A DNA stretch of 64,000 bases from the NCBI GenBank assembly GCA_046861385.1, contig JBHHTW010000006.1:1-64000 (forward strand). Reading direction: 5' to 3'. This document shows, one piece after another, positions 1 through 12,921 of this stretch (position 1 is the stretch's first letter; every line of letters begins with the position of its first letter). Under the pieces are notes generated by a model. It did no database searches. It saw only the letters and a list, made by a program, of their open reading frames with translations, and was not told the DNA's origin. The stretch comes from Fidelibacterota bacterium (GTDB lineage Bacteria; Fidelibacterota; Marinisomatia; Marinisomatales; TCS55). Both the position numbers and the translations under genes were made by a program.

Positions 1-48
1 GGTGGGGAAGAATTTCATAAAACTAAGAAGATGTTGTTGTTACGATAA
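1..48 (+). CDS. 3' end of a secreted protein with a T9SS type-A/FlgD-like C-terminal domain (partial)
   Basis: Frame 1 reads GGEEFHKTKKMLLLR*, matching the typical terminal 'TKKMxLLK/R' strand of these domains. Confidence 0.6.
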   Translation, partial: GGEEFHKTKKMLLLR

Positions 49-211
49 GTATTAATATAATTCAATCATATCAATAAATAAATGGACTAATAATAACAAA
101 TAACTGCATAAAATGAGAGTTTGTAACAGGTTCAAACTATAGATCGAATTTAAAACTATTCAATATGCAAATATGGTTAATTACACTAATTGGGATAAAA
201 ATAGATAAGTT

Positions 212-1120
212 ATGAGAAGATTATCGATGATTCTTACACTTTTCTTGTCATTATTAGTGGGACAAGTAGATTCTTTAGAATTTCTTCACTATATCCCTTT
301 TCAGATTGGCAATAGATGGCAGTATGAAGGTCATGAATTTTATAGTGATTCATCATGGTCCACAGGGTTTGTCGAGAGTCAGGTAATTAGCGACACAATT
401 ATGTCAAATGGATTAAAATACTATATTATTGATCATATTCCATTATTCGGCGAAACATTTGCACGTATTGATTCAGCTAATCAAATTATCTATTTTCATG
501 GTTATGAAGAGTGCGATAATGATGAGTGGGATTTTTTAGATTATTTCTTCCTGGATTCGGCTTATTGGAATGATTGTGCAAATAATCTGGCGGATTTACA
601 CACTACTGAATTATTTATTGAATCATTGAATGATACATTTCCATCAATTTTGGTTGAACATTGGGGGTCAGAAACACAAACCCATTTTTCAGAGAATCTG
701 GGAATTTCACATATTAGCTATGCCCTTGGAACAACAGGCGCTTACTATGAATTAATTGCTGCCACAATTAATAGTATTCAATATGGTGATTATATGTCCA
801 CAAATACGAGTATTATCTTACCCCAAGAAATGATACTACATCAGAATTACCCCAATCCCTTTAACCCAGAAACAACCATAGCTTTTGAGTTGCCGAAGAG
901 AAGCAAAGTAAGGATAGTGATTTATGATATGCTAGGGCGTGAAGTTGTGCTGTTGTTAGAAGATCAATTGAAGGAAGGATCCCACAAAACTATCTGGCGC
1001 GGTAAAGACCAGCAGAACCAATTGGTTTCATCGGGAGTGTACATTTATAAGTTATCTGTCAGTTCCATGGAGAGTAAAAAGGTATTTTCAAAAAACGGAA
1101 AAATGGTTTTGATGAAATAA
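212..1120 (+). CDS. Secreted protein with T9SS type-A sorting/FlgD Ig-like C-terminal domain
   Basis: Signal peptide; LHQNYPNPFNPET...IYDMLGREV...SGVYIYKL...KMVLMK. Confidence 0.8.
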   Translation: MRRLSMILTLFLSLLVGQVDSLEFLHYIPFQIGNRWQYEGHEFYSDSSWSTGFVESQVISDTIMSNGLKYYIIDHIPLFGETFARIDSANQIIYFHGYEECDNDEWDFLDYFFLDSAYWNDCANNLADLHTTELFIESLNDTFPSILVEHWGSETQTHFSENLGISHISYALGTTGAYYELIAATINSIQYGDYMSTNTSIILPQEMILHQNYPNPFNPETTIAFELPKRSKVRIVIYDMLGREVVLLLEDQLKEGSHKTIWRGKDQQNQLVSSGVYIYKLSVSSMESKKVFSKNGKMVLMK

Positions 1121-1332
1121 AGCAATTTTGCGGAAGTAAAATTTATCCGGTTATCGGCGGAAACTTCCACAAAGATTTTCTTTAGTTTATCTATAAATTC
1201 CCTTACTTTTTAAATAACTCTCTAACAATTCTTAAAACCTTATACTATGCAAAAAGTAAATACAGCCGGCAATCTCTTATCCAAAATCGGAGCTGAATTC
1301 ATTGATAAATATGACAAAGGATAATTAAAACT

Positions 1333-4360
<3,028 letters not shown>

Positions 4361-4484
4361 TAAATGATGAAAATCGGAAAATATTAAAAAAATATTCGTA
4401 GATAATCTTTATATTAATTTCTCACATACCTATCAAAACCAAGTTTTCAAAGTACTCAAAAACTAATTTTTCATTAATATTTTT

Positions 4485-7367
4485 ATGATAACAAAAACCA
4501 ATTCTCAATCATATCTAACAGCACAAAATGAACCACTCGATATATTTTTCATCCGATTAACATTATTTTTATCGGGCTTTTGCGGTATTGCATACGAGGT
4601 GCTATACAATCGTCTTTTGGGGAACATGATTGGAGATCATTTTGCTGTGAATGCTTCTATTCTGGTTACTTTTCTTTTGGGAATAGGACTTGGAACAAAA
4701 TTTGCACACCGTTTTAAAGGATTCCTGTGGGCAGTAGAAGGCGGTATTGGATTATATGCCATTGGATTTACCCTGTCAGCGCCCCTGATTGATAAGCTGC
4801 TTTTTCAAGTCCTGCCTTTCCAAAATTTATCTGTAAATGTCTTGTTCTCGTGTTTATTATTGATTTTTCCGGCATTCTTAGTTGGCGTGAGTCTGCCGCT
4901 CTTCTCCGCATATCTTCAGCAGCTGGTGCCGGGCAGAGCATTTAGCCGAAGTTATATGATCTACAATTTTGGAGCTGCTCTCACCGCTCTGTTTATTGAA
5001 TTTTATCTTATTCGTCATTTCGGCCTCACTATTGGGATGGTCTCAATCGCTGTTCTGAATCTTTTTATTGGTACTGTTTTGTTTTTGAGAAGAGACAGAT
5101 TGAATATCAGATTAAAACCACAAAAAGTTATTCATTATCCTTATAAAGTCATTATTCCGCTTATTATCGTAAGTCTGGCGAGTGCGATTTTCCAATTAAC
5201 TATGTTGAAATTTGCCGAATTCATTTACGGCCCGTATCATGAAACCTTTGCAATGGTTTTAGGAATCGTATTGCTTGGGATTGCGCTGGGAACCATGCTG
5301 AATCATTATTACAAGGTTCAATTCAAGGCGTTCATCATCATCAACATTGTTTATCTCACTTTGGTTATTTTTCTTTTCCCTAATATTTTGTTGATGTTTT
5401 CCACTTTATGGAGACATTTAAGCCCTCTTGGATTAATCGGATGGAAACTATTCATACTGTTTCTTATTATGGGGCCCGGAGCCATCAGTTTTGGCGCAGC
5501 CATACCCGCACTGATGAAACAAGAATCAGATATCGCAAAAGAATCAGGACATTTGCTGTTTATTTCAAGTATGGCAAATACTGTTGGATATTTATTCATG
5601 GTATTTATTATTCATCCCAAGCTGGAATATGGACAAATCCTAAACCTCATTATTTTTCTTTTAGTACTGGCCTTGCTGGTTCGTCTTTGGCCCCAACTGA
5701 AATTAGTCGGGTTGGCAGTTTTAGTGGCATTGGGCAGTCTGCTGCTGGTACACGAAAAGTGGAGTGAGAATCTGTTATACATGGATTATTTTACTTTTAC
5801 GTCTCCTCGAAAGATTCAGGAAGAATTACTGTCGTTCCGATCCAGCGAACGATATCGTAAATATGATGAAACATTTTCTATTAATAACGTAGGCCCGGTA
5901 AAATTTTTCTTTATTAATGGATATAAAAGCGTTCCGTTGAATTCCATGGCTGAATACCTGGTAGGATTCATATCCTCCCTCATTTCCCCTCGACTGGATC
6001 AAGGTCTTGTATTGGGCTTGGGAAGTGGCGCTACTGCTGGGACCGTTGCCGAAGTTTTTAACCATGTGGATGCAGTGGAGATCAGTCCGACAATTATTGA
6101 AAAACAGCCATTAATGAAAGAGTACAGTTTCGATATTATGTCAAAGACCAATGTAAATGTGGTCTGGGATGATGGTATCCGTTTTATGAAGACTACGACC
6201 CGAAAATATGATCTAATCCTGAATACGGTTACATCACCTCTCTATTTCAGTTCCAGTAAATTATACACACAGGAATTTTACCAACAAGTAAAAACAAGGT
6301 TACAACCGGATGGTATATATACAACTTGGCTGGATAGTAGAGTTGGCGAGCATGGATTACGGATTATTCTGAAGACCCTGCAATCAGAATTCAAATATTG
6401 TTGGGTAACGAGAATGAAATCACATTATTTTTTACTTGTTGCATCGAATGAAAAACTACAGATACGAAATGAAGATACTCTGCATGATAATCAAAAGCTC
6501 ACTGACTATTTTGCTTCAAGGTACATAAGAGATATACGAAATCTGCGTTATTCAATAATTAATACGCAACCCTATGAATATTTGAATGACGATGAGAAAA
6601 TTCCGTTGAACACAATTGACCTCCCGGCGTTGGAATTTGAAATCGCTCATCTGAATAATCCAACGATTGATAGTTTTATTGCATTCCTCCGGGATAATTA
6701 CGATTTCTCAGAGATGGGAGAGCAGGTGTTTTCTCATAGACCTATTGACTTATTAGAACTGGTATCATATTATTTAAAGGTTGACCATCAATCAACAATC
6801 ACGCAGTTTTTTCTTGATTTTGCCCAAGAGCGCTACCCGGAATTTCAAAGAGATCTTGAAAATTATTTGCTCAGTTTTTCTTATGACGTAGTAAACCAAT
6901 ATTATACCAGTGAAAGTCTCGACAGGCTTATTTTTTGGCAATTATATTTCAAACATATTGATCACGCAGAACAGACCGCTCGGATGCTGTTTGCTTTAGA
7001 ACCTGATTATTATAATACTCGATATAATATCGGGCTGGCCAATGAAGTTTTGGGGAATTATGAACTGGCTGCTGAAATGTTTTTAGAAGAAATTTCAAGA
7101 GATGAAAATCATTGCGATGCTTGGTACCGGCTGGGGCGTACCCGTTTAAAACAAAACAACCTGCAAGCAGCACGGGCAAGTCTGCTAGAATGTCTTGTAC
7201 GAAAACCCTGGTACGATGATGCAAATTATTACGTCGCAAAAACGTATTTCATGGAAGGTAAATACGATTCTTCCCAATTTTTTGTACAGGCAGAACTGAC
7301 ATTGGATCCAGAGGACAGTAAGGCTCAAGAACTGCTCAACAAACTAAAAACTGTCCAGTCATATTAA
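4485..7367 (+). CDS. Multi-pass membrane protein fused to a spermidine-synthase-like SAM-binding domain and TPR repeats
   Basis: SGFCGIAYEV TM start, many TM segments, LVLGLGSGAT...VEI...DDG motifs, TPR-like C-terminus. Confidence 0.8.
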   Translation: MITKTNSQSYLTAQNEPLDIFFIRLTLFLSGFCGIAYEVLYNRLLGNMIGDHFAVNASILVTFLLGIGLGTKFAHRFKGFLWAVEGGIGLYAIGFTLSAPLIDKLLFQVLPFQNLSVNVLFSCLLLIFPAFLVGVSLPLFSAYLQQLVPGRAFSRSYMIYNFGAALTALFIEFYLIRHFGLTIGMVSIAVLNLFIGTVLFLRRDRLNIRLKPQKVIHYPYKVIIPLIIVSLASAIFQLTMLKFAEFIYGPYHETFAMVLGIVLLGIALGTMLNHYYKVQFKAFIIINIVYLTLVIFLFPNILLMFSTLWRHLSPLGLIGWKLFILFLIMGPGAISFGAAIPALMKQESDIAKESGHLLFISSMANTVGYLFMVFIIHPKLEYGQILNLIIFLLVLALLVRLWPQLKLVGLAVLVALGSLLLVHEKWSENLLYMDYFTFTSPRKIQEELLSFRSSERYRKYDETFSINNVGPVKFFFINGYKSVPLNSMAEYLVGFISSLISPRLDQGLVLGLGSGATAGTVAEVFNHVDAVEISPTIIEKQPLMKEYSFDIMSKTNVNVVWDDGIRFMKTTTRKYDLILNTVTSPLYFSSSKLYTQEFYQQVKTRLQPDGIYTTWLDSRVGEHGLRIILKTLQSEFKYCWVTRMKSHYFLLVASNEKLQIRNEDTLHDNQKLTDYFASRYIRDIRNLRYSIINTQPYEYLNDDEKIPLNTIDLPALEFEIAHLNNPTIDSFIAFLRDNYDFSEMGEQVFSHRPIDLLELVSYYLKVDHQSTITQFFLDFAQERYPEFQRDLENYLLSFSYDVVNQYYTSESLDRLIFWQLYFKHIDHAEQTARMLFALEPDYYNTRYNIGLANEVLGNYELAAEMFLEEISRDENHCDAWYRLGRTRLKQNNLQAARASLLECLVRKPWYDDANYYVAKTYFMEGKYDSSQFFVQAELTLDPEDSKAQELLNKLKTVQSY

Positions 7368-7441
7368 TCAAATTTCCATAATCTTTAAGAAATTCTGAAT
7401 CTAATCCAGATGACTTTGTTCATTCATTATTAACTTCTCTA

Positions 7442-8635
7442 ATGTTCAAAACAATCATTTTTTTCATACCCGTTTTATTATTATGTAAAGAAGCTTATCT
7501 ATCTTCTATCCTCATCGCAGATGGATTTACTAAACCGGTGTATATATGTCAAGCGCCTGACGACAATGAACGGTTTTTTGTTTTGGAGCAAAAAGGAGTT
7601 ATTAAAATTATTGACAATGGATTGGAGATTCGAAAACCCTTTGCCGATCTTCGGGATCATGTACATAACCCCGTCATGCCGGGAGATGAAAAAGGTTTGT
7701 TAGGCTTGGCTTTCCACCCGGAGTATCAAACGAACGGATTTATCTATCTCAACTATATCGATAAGGATGACCATACAATTGTGTCACGATTTCAAGTTTC
7801 AAGGAACGCAAACGAGCTGGATATTTCCTCAGAAAAAATATTTATAAAATTAAAGCAGCCATTTTCTAATCATAATGGGGGACACGTGGTTTTTGGCCCC
7901 GATGGTTTTCTGTATATTTCATTGGGAGACGGGGGGAAATGGGGAGACCCGTTTAATCATGCCCAACAGCTGGATAATCTCTTTGGTAAAATTTTACGTA
8001 TCGACGTAAATAATGGAGATCCTTATTCAATTCCAAACGACAACCCATTTGTTGGAGTCAAAGGTGTTCGTGAAGAAATTTGGCTATACGGTTTACGGAA
8101 TCCATGGCGGTTTTCTTTCGACCGTAAAACGGGTGATCTCTATATCGGTGATGTCGGACAGGATATGTGGGAAGAAATCGATTTTATTTCTACTGGTAAA
8201 GCTGGTGGTCAAAATTTAGGTTGGCGCATCATGGAGGGAACCCATTGTTACAATCCGAAGGAAAATTGCGATACCACAGGAACTCTTCCTATTTATGAAT
8301 ACCCCAATGACGCCAATTATATGAAAACGCTTATTGGATTGGATGAACCCAATGTCGATGGATGTTCAGTGACTGGAGGGTTCGTCTACCGTGGCTCTGA
8401 TATGCCTCAATTTCATGGTACATATTTTTTCGCTGATTACTGTTCCGGTAATATTTGGACATTTAAAGAGATGAACGGTATCGCCACAGAATTTAAAAAC
8501 AGAACAGATGAGATTAACCTTGGTGGGGGGGCGTTTGTTAATTTCATTTCATCATTTGGAGAAGACAATGACGGAGAGTTATATATTGTTGATTATAATG
8601 GTGCTGTTTATAAAATTGTAAACAGGGCGATGTAA
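7442..8635 (+). CDS. PQQ-dependent sugar (glucose/sorbosone) dehydrogenase family
   Basis: GLLGLAFHP, NHNGG, GKILRID, GLRNPWRFSFD, SSFGED. Confidence 0.9.
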   Translation: MFKTIIFFIPVLLLCKEAYLSSILIADGFTKPVYICQAPDDNERFFVLEQKGVIKIIDNGLEIRKPFADLRDHVHNPVMPGDEKGLLGLAFHPEYQTNGFIYLNYIDKDDHTIVSRFQVSRNANELDISSEKIFIKLKQPFSNHNGGHVVFGPDGFLYISLGDGGKWGDPFNHAQQLDNLFGKILRIDVNNGDPYSIPNDNPFVGVKGVREEIWLYGLRNPWRFSFDRKTGDLYIGDVGQDMWEEIDFISTGKAGGQNLGWRIMEGTHCYNPKENCDTTGTLPIYEYPNDANYMKTLIGLDEPNVDGCSVTGGFVYRGSDMPQFHGTYFFADYCSGNIWTFKEMNGIATEFKNRTDEINLGGGAFVNFISSFGEDNDGELYIVDYNGAVYKIVNRAM

Positions 8636-8706
8636 AGTATCAAATTAATTTTTCTGATGAATGGTTCAGGTTAACTTTATAATTCGATATAGGAGCAAAA
8701 TTAATA

Positions 8707-9030
8707 ATGATGAAAATAGAAGATATTGTTGAGGATATTGTTTTATTAGTTCTCACCGAGAAGGATCCTCTTAAAGAATTAGGTATCACGCAAAATAAAT
8801 TGTTTGCGAAAGTAGTTGGGTATGACGAAAACGGAGTCTGGATTGAAAATCCGAATTTTAAGCTCCCCGATCAAACAAAAACTAAAAAATCAATGTCATA
8901 TAAATCTGTTTCTGCATCCATTTTAATTGCATGGGCATATATCGCATCTATTGTTCACTTCCCCAATGTGGAGGGGTTTGATTTTCCAAGCCCATTTGAT
9001 CATAAGATTGGATTTGATATAGAAAATTGA
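8707..9030 (+). CDS. Hypothetical small beta-rich protein (possibly Sm-like fold)
   Basis: AGGAG SD upstream; overlaps the ABC ATPase start. Confidence 0.6.
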   Translation: MMKIEDIVEDIVLLVLTEKDPLKELGITQNKLFAKVVGYDENGVWIENPNFKLPDQTKTKKSMSYKSVSASILIAWAYIASIVHFPNVEGFDFPSPFDHKIGFDIEN

Positions 9031-9950
9031 TTTCCCCGGCGATTCATATTGTTAATCTTCATAAATCTTATGAAGAGACCGTTGCTTTAAATGGAGTAAA
9101 CCTGACCATTGAAGATGGAGAATTCTACGGGCTTCTTGGGCCTAACGGCGCCGGGAAAACAACAACCATCCATATACTCACAGGTTTGGTACTGAAAAAT
9201 AGTGGTATTACAGAAATTTATGGCCGGGATACGGTGAAAGATTTTCGATTTGCCCGCTCACAAATTGGTATCGCTCACCAGGAACTTCCAATAGATTGGT
9301 TTTTCCCAATCGAAAAACTACTTTATTTTCATGCCGGTTATTATGGTATTAGGCAACATATTGCCAAGGACCGTGTTGAAGAACTTCTGGAACGGCTGGG
9401 ATTAAAAGATAAACGTAAATCACGACTTAGACAGTTGTCCGGTGGAATGAAACGTCGGTATCAATTAGCAAAATCTTTGGTTCATGATCCAAAAATTATC
9501 ATTTTAGATGAACCCACTGCCGGTGTGGATGTAGAACTTCGACATGAACTTTGGGATTATTTAAGAGAACTGCATCAGAATGGCAAAACAATTCTTCTCA
9601 CAACCCATTATATCGAAGAGGCGGAGTTATTGTGTGAAAAAGTTGGAATCATTGACCAGGGAAAAATAATCAAGGAAGGTGCGCCGAAGGATCTTACCAA
9701 CGAATTAGGAAAAGCCGGCATCAATATTCATATGATCGGCTGGTGTGAAGAACTGAATGAAGCATTGGCATCATTTTCCTTTACCTTTGAGGACAATCGT
9801 TTGCATTTCACTGTAAAAGATCCCGAAGCGGATATGGCAAAAATTATTCAAATATTATCTCAGTATAATTGTCATATTTTAAGTGTATCTGCTGAAAAAT
9901 CATCATTAGAAGATGTGTTCCTGCATCTTACGGGAAAAGGAATCAACTGA
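9027..9950 (+). CDS. ABC-2 type transporter ATP-binding protein (YadG-like)
   Basis: GPNGAGKT, LSGGMKRR, LDEPTAGVD, TTHY. Confidence 0.95.
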   Translation: MISPAIHIVNLHKSYEETVALNGVNLTIEDGEFYGLLGPNGAGKTTTIHILTGLVLKNSGITEIYGRDTVKDFRFARSQIGIAHQELPIDWFFPIEKLLYFHAGYYGIRQHIAKDRVEELLERLGLKDKRKSRLRQLSGGMKRRYQLAKSLVHDPKIIILDEPTAGVDVELRHELWDYLRELHQNGKTILLTTHYIEEAELLCEKVGIIDQGKIIKEGAPKDLTNELGKAGINIHMIGWCEELNEALASFSFTFEDNRLHFTVKDPEADMAKIIQILSQYNCHILSVSAEKSSLEDVFLHLTGKGIN

Positions 9951-10720
9951 TGACGGGACCAAACTGGATTGGGTTATATACTTTAACAAAAAGAGAGGTT
10001 AGCCGGTTCTTTACAGTCTATCGCCAAACAGTTTTACCGGGTTTAATTTCATCCGCTCTTTATATAATGGTATTTGGATTTACTTTGGAGAGGCGGATCA
10101 GTGAAATTGACGGTGTCCCATACACCCTTTTTATTTTGCCTGGATTAATCATGATGAACACATTGACAAATGCCAGCTCGAATACAGCTTCTTCTATGCT
10201 GCAAATGAAACTGCTGCAGCAGCTACCTGACATACTTACCGCCCCTTTATCGAGTCTGGAAATATGTTTAGCCTACATCATTGGCGGAACGATCCGAGGA
10301 TTAGTCAATGGTATTTTAGTCATGCTATTAGGTCTACTGCTTATCGGTATGCCTATTCAGCAACCCCTGGCAACCATTGGATTTATTTTTCTCGTTTCGT
10401 GGTCATTTGCCAGCATGGGGCTTCTTCTGGGGCAATTAGCTGATACATGGGACCAACTGGCGATGATGCAAAATTTCTTTTTGACACCGTTAAGTTTTCT
10501 CGGTGGGATTTTTTATTCGATTCAGATGCTGCCAGACTGGGCTCAGAAAATGTCAATGGTAAATCCTATTTATTATATGATCAACGGTATTCGTTATACC
10601 ATTCTTGGTGTATATGATTCACCGCCGTTAAATAGTTTAATCATGGCCATTATTATGACAACATTATTTACTGTGGCAGCCATCCTTGTGATGAGAAGCG
10701 GCAAGAAAATAAAACATTAA
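9950..10720 (+). CDS. ABC-2 type transporter permease (YadH-like)
   Basis: About 6 TM segments; FILPGLIMM, PLSFLGGIFY, NPIYYMING. Confidence 0.9.
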   Translation: MTGPNWIGLYTLTKREVSRFFTVYRQTVLPGLISSALYIMVFGFTLERRISEIDGVPYTLFILPGLIMMNTLTNASSNTASSMLQMKLLQQLPDILTAPLSSLEICLAYIIGGTIRGLVNGILVMLLGLLLIGMPIQQPLATIGFIFLVSWSFASMGLLLGQLADTWDQLAMMQNFFLTPLSFLGGIFYSIQMLPDWAQKMSMVNPIYYMINGIRYTILGVYDSPPLNSLIMAIIMTTLFTVAAILVMRSGKKIKH

Positions 10721-10722
10721 TC

Positions 10723-11409
10723 ATGCGGCCTCTGGTTCTTTTTCTATTCCTGATCTTATTATCAGCTGAAGAGACTCCAGTGATGAGGGCCGCTTGGACT
10801 CAATATGCCCGGTCAGGTCTGACGCACGATGAGGATATAAACGGTGGACATATCTATTACCGAATTAAAAGAGTGACTTCCAATACCTTTCGTGATTTGA
10901 GAATGTTTAGCTACGAATTGGGAGAAGAATCTTACATTTACGTTCGATACAAAGGAAGTTATAAATATTCCGATTCAGGGAAATTATATAATTTTACTAC
11001 TGTTTCATACCAGAAAAATACCCGGGCAGATTTAAACCTCAGGTACCATTTTAATCAGGGGTTGGGGTATTTTATACGGGATTATGATCAGGGCCATGTT
11101 AATGTGGAATTAGGTCAGGCTTACGATATGTCAGACTATTTAAATGATACGCGGAAAACGTCTTATGTAAAAAGCGGATTATTTTGGGACCATTCCTTTC
11201 AATCTTTCGATTTCAAATTCGAAATTGAAGGATTCAAACAAATCAGTGAAATAGTAGAAAAGGATCTTTCACGATTTCAGTTTTTTTCTGAAGTGTCCTA
11301 TGAATTAACTAAACAATTGGCATTCATTTTGGGTTTTGAACAAGATTATTACACTGAAAATAGCAACCATCCACAATCCTATTACATTTCTCTGGGTTGG
11401 AAAAGATAA
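10723..11409 (+). CDS. Outer-membrane beta-barrel protein (DUF481-like)
   Basis: Signal peptide, amphipathic strands, QGLGY, terminal ISLGWKR. Confidence 0.55.
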   Translation: MRPLVLFLFLILLSAEETPVMRAAWTQYARSGLTHDEDINGGHIYYRIKRVTSNTFRDLRMFSYELGEESYIYVRYKGSYKYSDSGKLYNFTTVSYQKNTRADLNLRYHFNQGLGYFIRDYDQGHVNVELGQAYDMSDYLNDTRKTSYVKSGLFWDHSFQSFDFKFEIEGFKQISEIVEKDLSRFQFFSEVSYELTKQLAFILGFEQDYYTENSNHPQSYYISLGWKR

Positions 11410-11475
11410 TTCTGTGATATTCGACACAAACATTCATTTGAGATCATTATAAATTCCGGGCAAATTCAGAATAAA

Positions 11476-12921
11476 ATGCTTAAACCATTCGCTTGTCTCT
11501 TCATTATTTCTCTATCAGGTCTTGCAGGGCAAACCATTGCGCCGGATGTAACTGATGTAAAAAAACGCCTATTAGTGTTAACCGCTGACGAAAGTAAACC
11601 CGACGATGCCATTGACCGAAAGATTTCCAAAATTGTAGCTGAGGTTGCTACACGGCTCGGTCGTTATGAAGTGATTGACCGTAATCAACTAGAGTCAGTT
11701 TTAGACGAACTGGCGCTTCATCAATCTGGTTTTATCACTGGTAAAGACATCCTAGAGTTAGGGGGTATTGCTTCTGCAAAAGAGGCTATGAAAATAGAAA
11801 TGACCCATTACAGCCAAAAAGGCGTCCCTCCAAAAACTGATGATGACGATGATGACGATGATGATGGCGGATTTTGGGAAGTCGTGGCAATTGAATTAGT
11901 TAAAGGAGCCATCCGAGCCGCCACTACGCCAAAAGGTGAAGAAGCTTATGCAAATAATATTGAAACGATTGTCCATGCCGATATCATTTTACTGGATGTG
12001 GAAACCGGCGAAACATTGAACACTTTCCCCATCAGCGCCACGTACACCGGTGGTAGTCGGGGAAAATCCTTATCTGAAACTCTTAAAATTATCCGCAGAA
12101 ATGTGTCCCGCGCCCTCAGACAATTATACACAATTACATCAGAAGTTCTGGACGTGGACGGCAGTGATGTTACCCTGTATTTGGGTCTGGACATGGGCGT
12201 TAAAAGAGGTACTGTTTATGAAATTTCCCGCTTGGATAAAAAGAAAACCCTAAGAAATCGCGAAGTCATAATCCCCGGCAGATCCGTTGGACTCGTCCGG
12301 TTGGACAGGATTAGCGGAGATGCCAGCACAGGCACAGTTATCCGAAAATGGGGACACGTGAAAAAAGGTTATAAAGCAGTGGAAATGATTCATCCTCCTT
12401 TTATTTCACCCGGACTATATTTTACAAACAACATAGAAAGGGGAACCTTTGATCGCGGTGGTGTTTTCTTTCAAATAAAACCCTTTAGCCTCTGGAGTTT
12501 TAATGGATTTTTCGGTGGTGGAACTATAATTGACAGCCACAATCGGACAGATGGTATGTTTACTATTGGGGGCGGATTAATTTACAGATTTCTTTATACA
12601 CCAAAATTCAATTTAGGAGGCACAATTGATTTTCCTTTGAGTTTTGTATTTCGTAATGATGATGCCGGGCATAATGTCTCAACCCTATTATTTTCTTCTC
12701 AAATTGGACTTCAAACTGAAATCATGTTGAACCGTAAAATGGATATTGTTTTCCGGGCTGGCGTCAGTGGTCCGGGTGTTTACGGAAATTGGCAATATTC
12801 TGAAGGTGAGGGTGAAGATTCTGAATCATTCGACGCAGAATGGAATGAATTAGGTGAGCCGACCCTGGATGCGTCCGGACTTTATTTCAATATCAGTTTG
12901 AGGTTTTTAAGAATAAATTAG
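11476..12921 (+). CDS. Exported protein: CsgG/TolB-N-like domain, FlgT-C-like domain and beta-barrel tail
   Basis: GRYEVIDRNQLESVLDELALHQSG (CsgG-like), LLDVETGE, LGLDMGVKRG; aromatic terminal strand; Asp9 run. Confidence 0.6.
   Translation: MLKPFACLFIISLSGLAGQTIAPDVTDVKKRLLVLTADESKPDDAIDRKISKIVAEVATRLGRYEVIDRNQLESVLDELALHQSGFITGKDILELGGIASAKEAMKIEMTHYSQKGVPPKTDDDDDDDDDGGFWEVVAIELVKGAIRAATTPKGEEAYANNIETIVHADIILLDVETGETLNTFPISATYTGGSRGKSLSETLKIIRRNVSRALRQLYTITSEVLDVDGSDVTLYLGLDMGVKRGTVYEISRLDKKKTLRNREVIIPGRSVGLVRLDRISGDASTGTVIRKWGHVKKGYKAVEMIHPPFISPGLYFTNNIERGTFDRGGVFFQIKPFSLWSFNGFFGGGTIIDSHNRTDGMFTIGGGLIYRFLYTPKFNLGGTIDFPLSFVFRNDDAGHNVSTLLFSSQIGLQTEIMLNRKMDIVFRAGVSGPGVYGNWQYSEGEGEDSESFDAEWNELGEPTLDASGLYFNISLRFLRIN

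Noticed and set aside
1127-1173. Imperfect inverted repeat TTTGCGGAAGT...ACTTCCACAAA after the first gene
   Set aside because: The loop is large and the stem mismatched; it is at most a weak terminator
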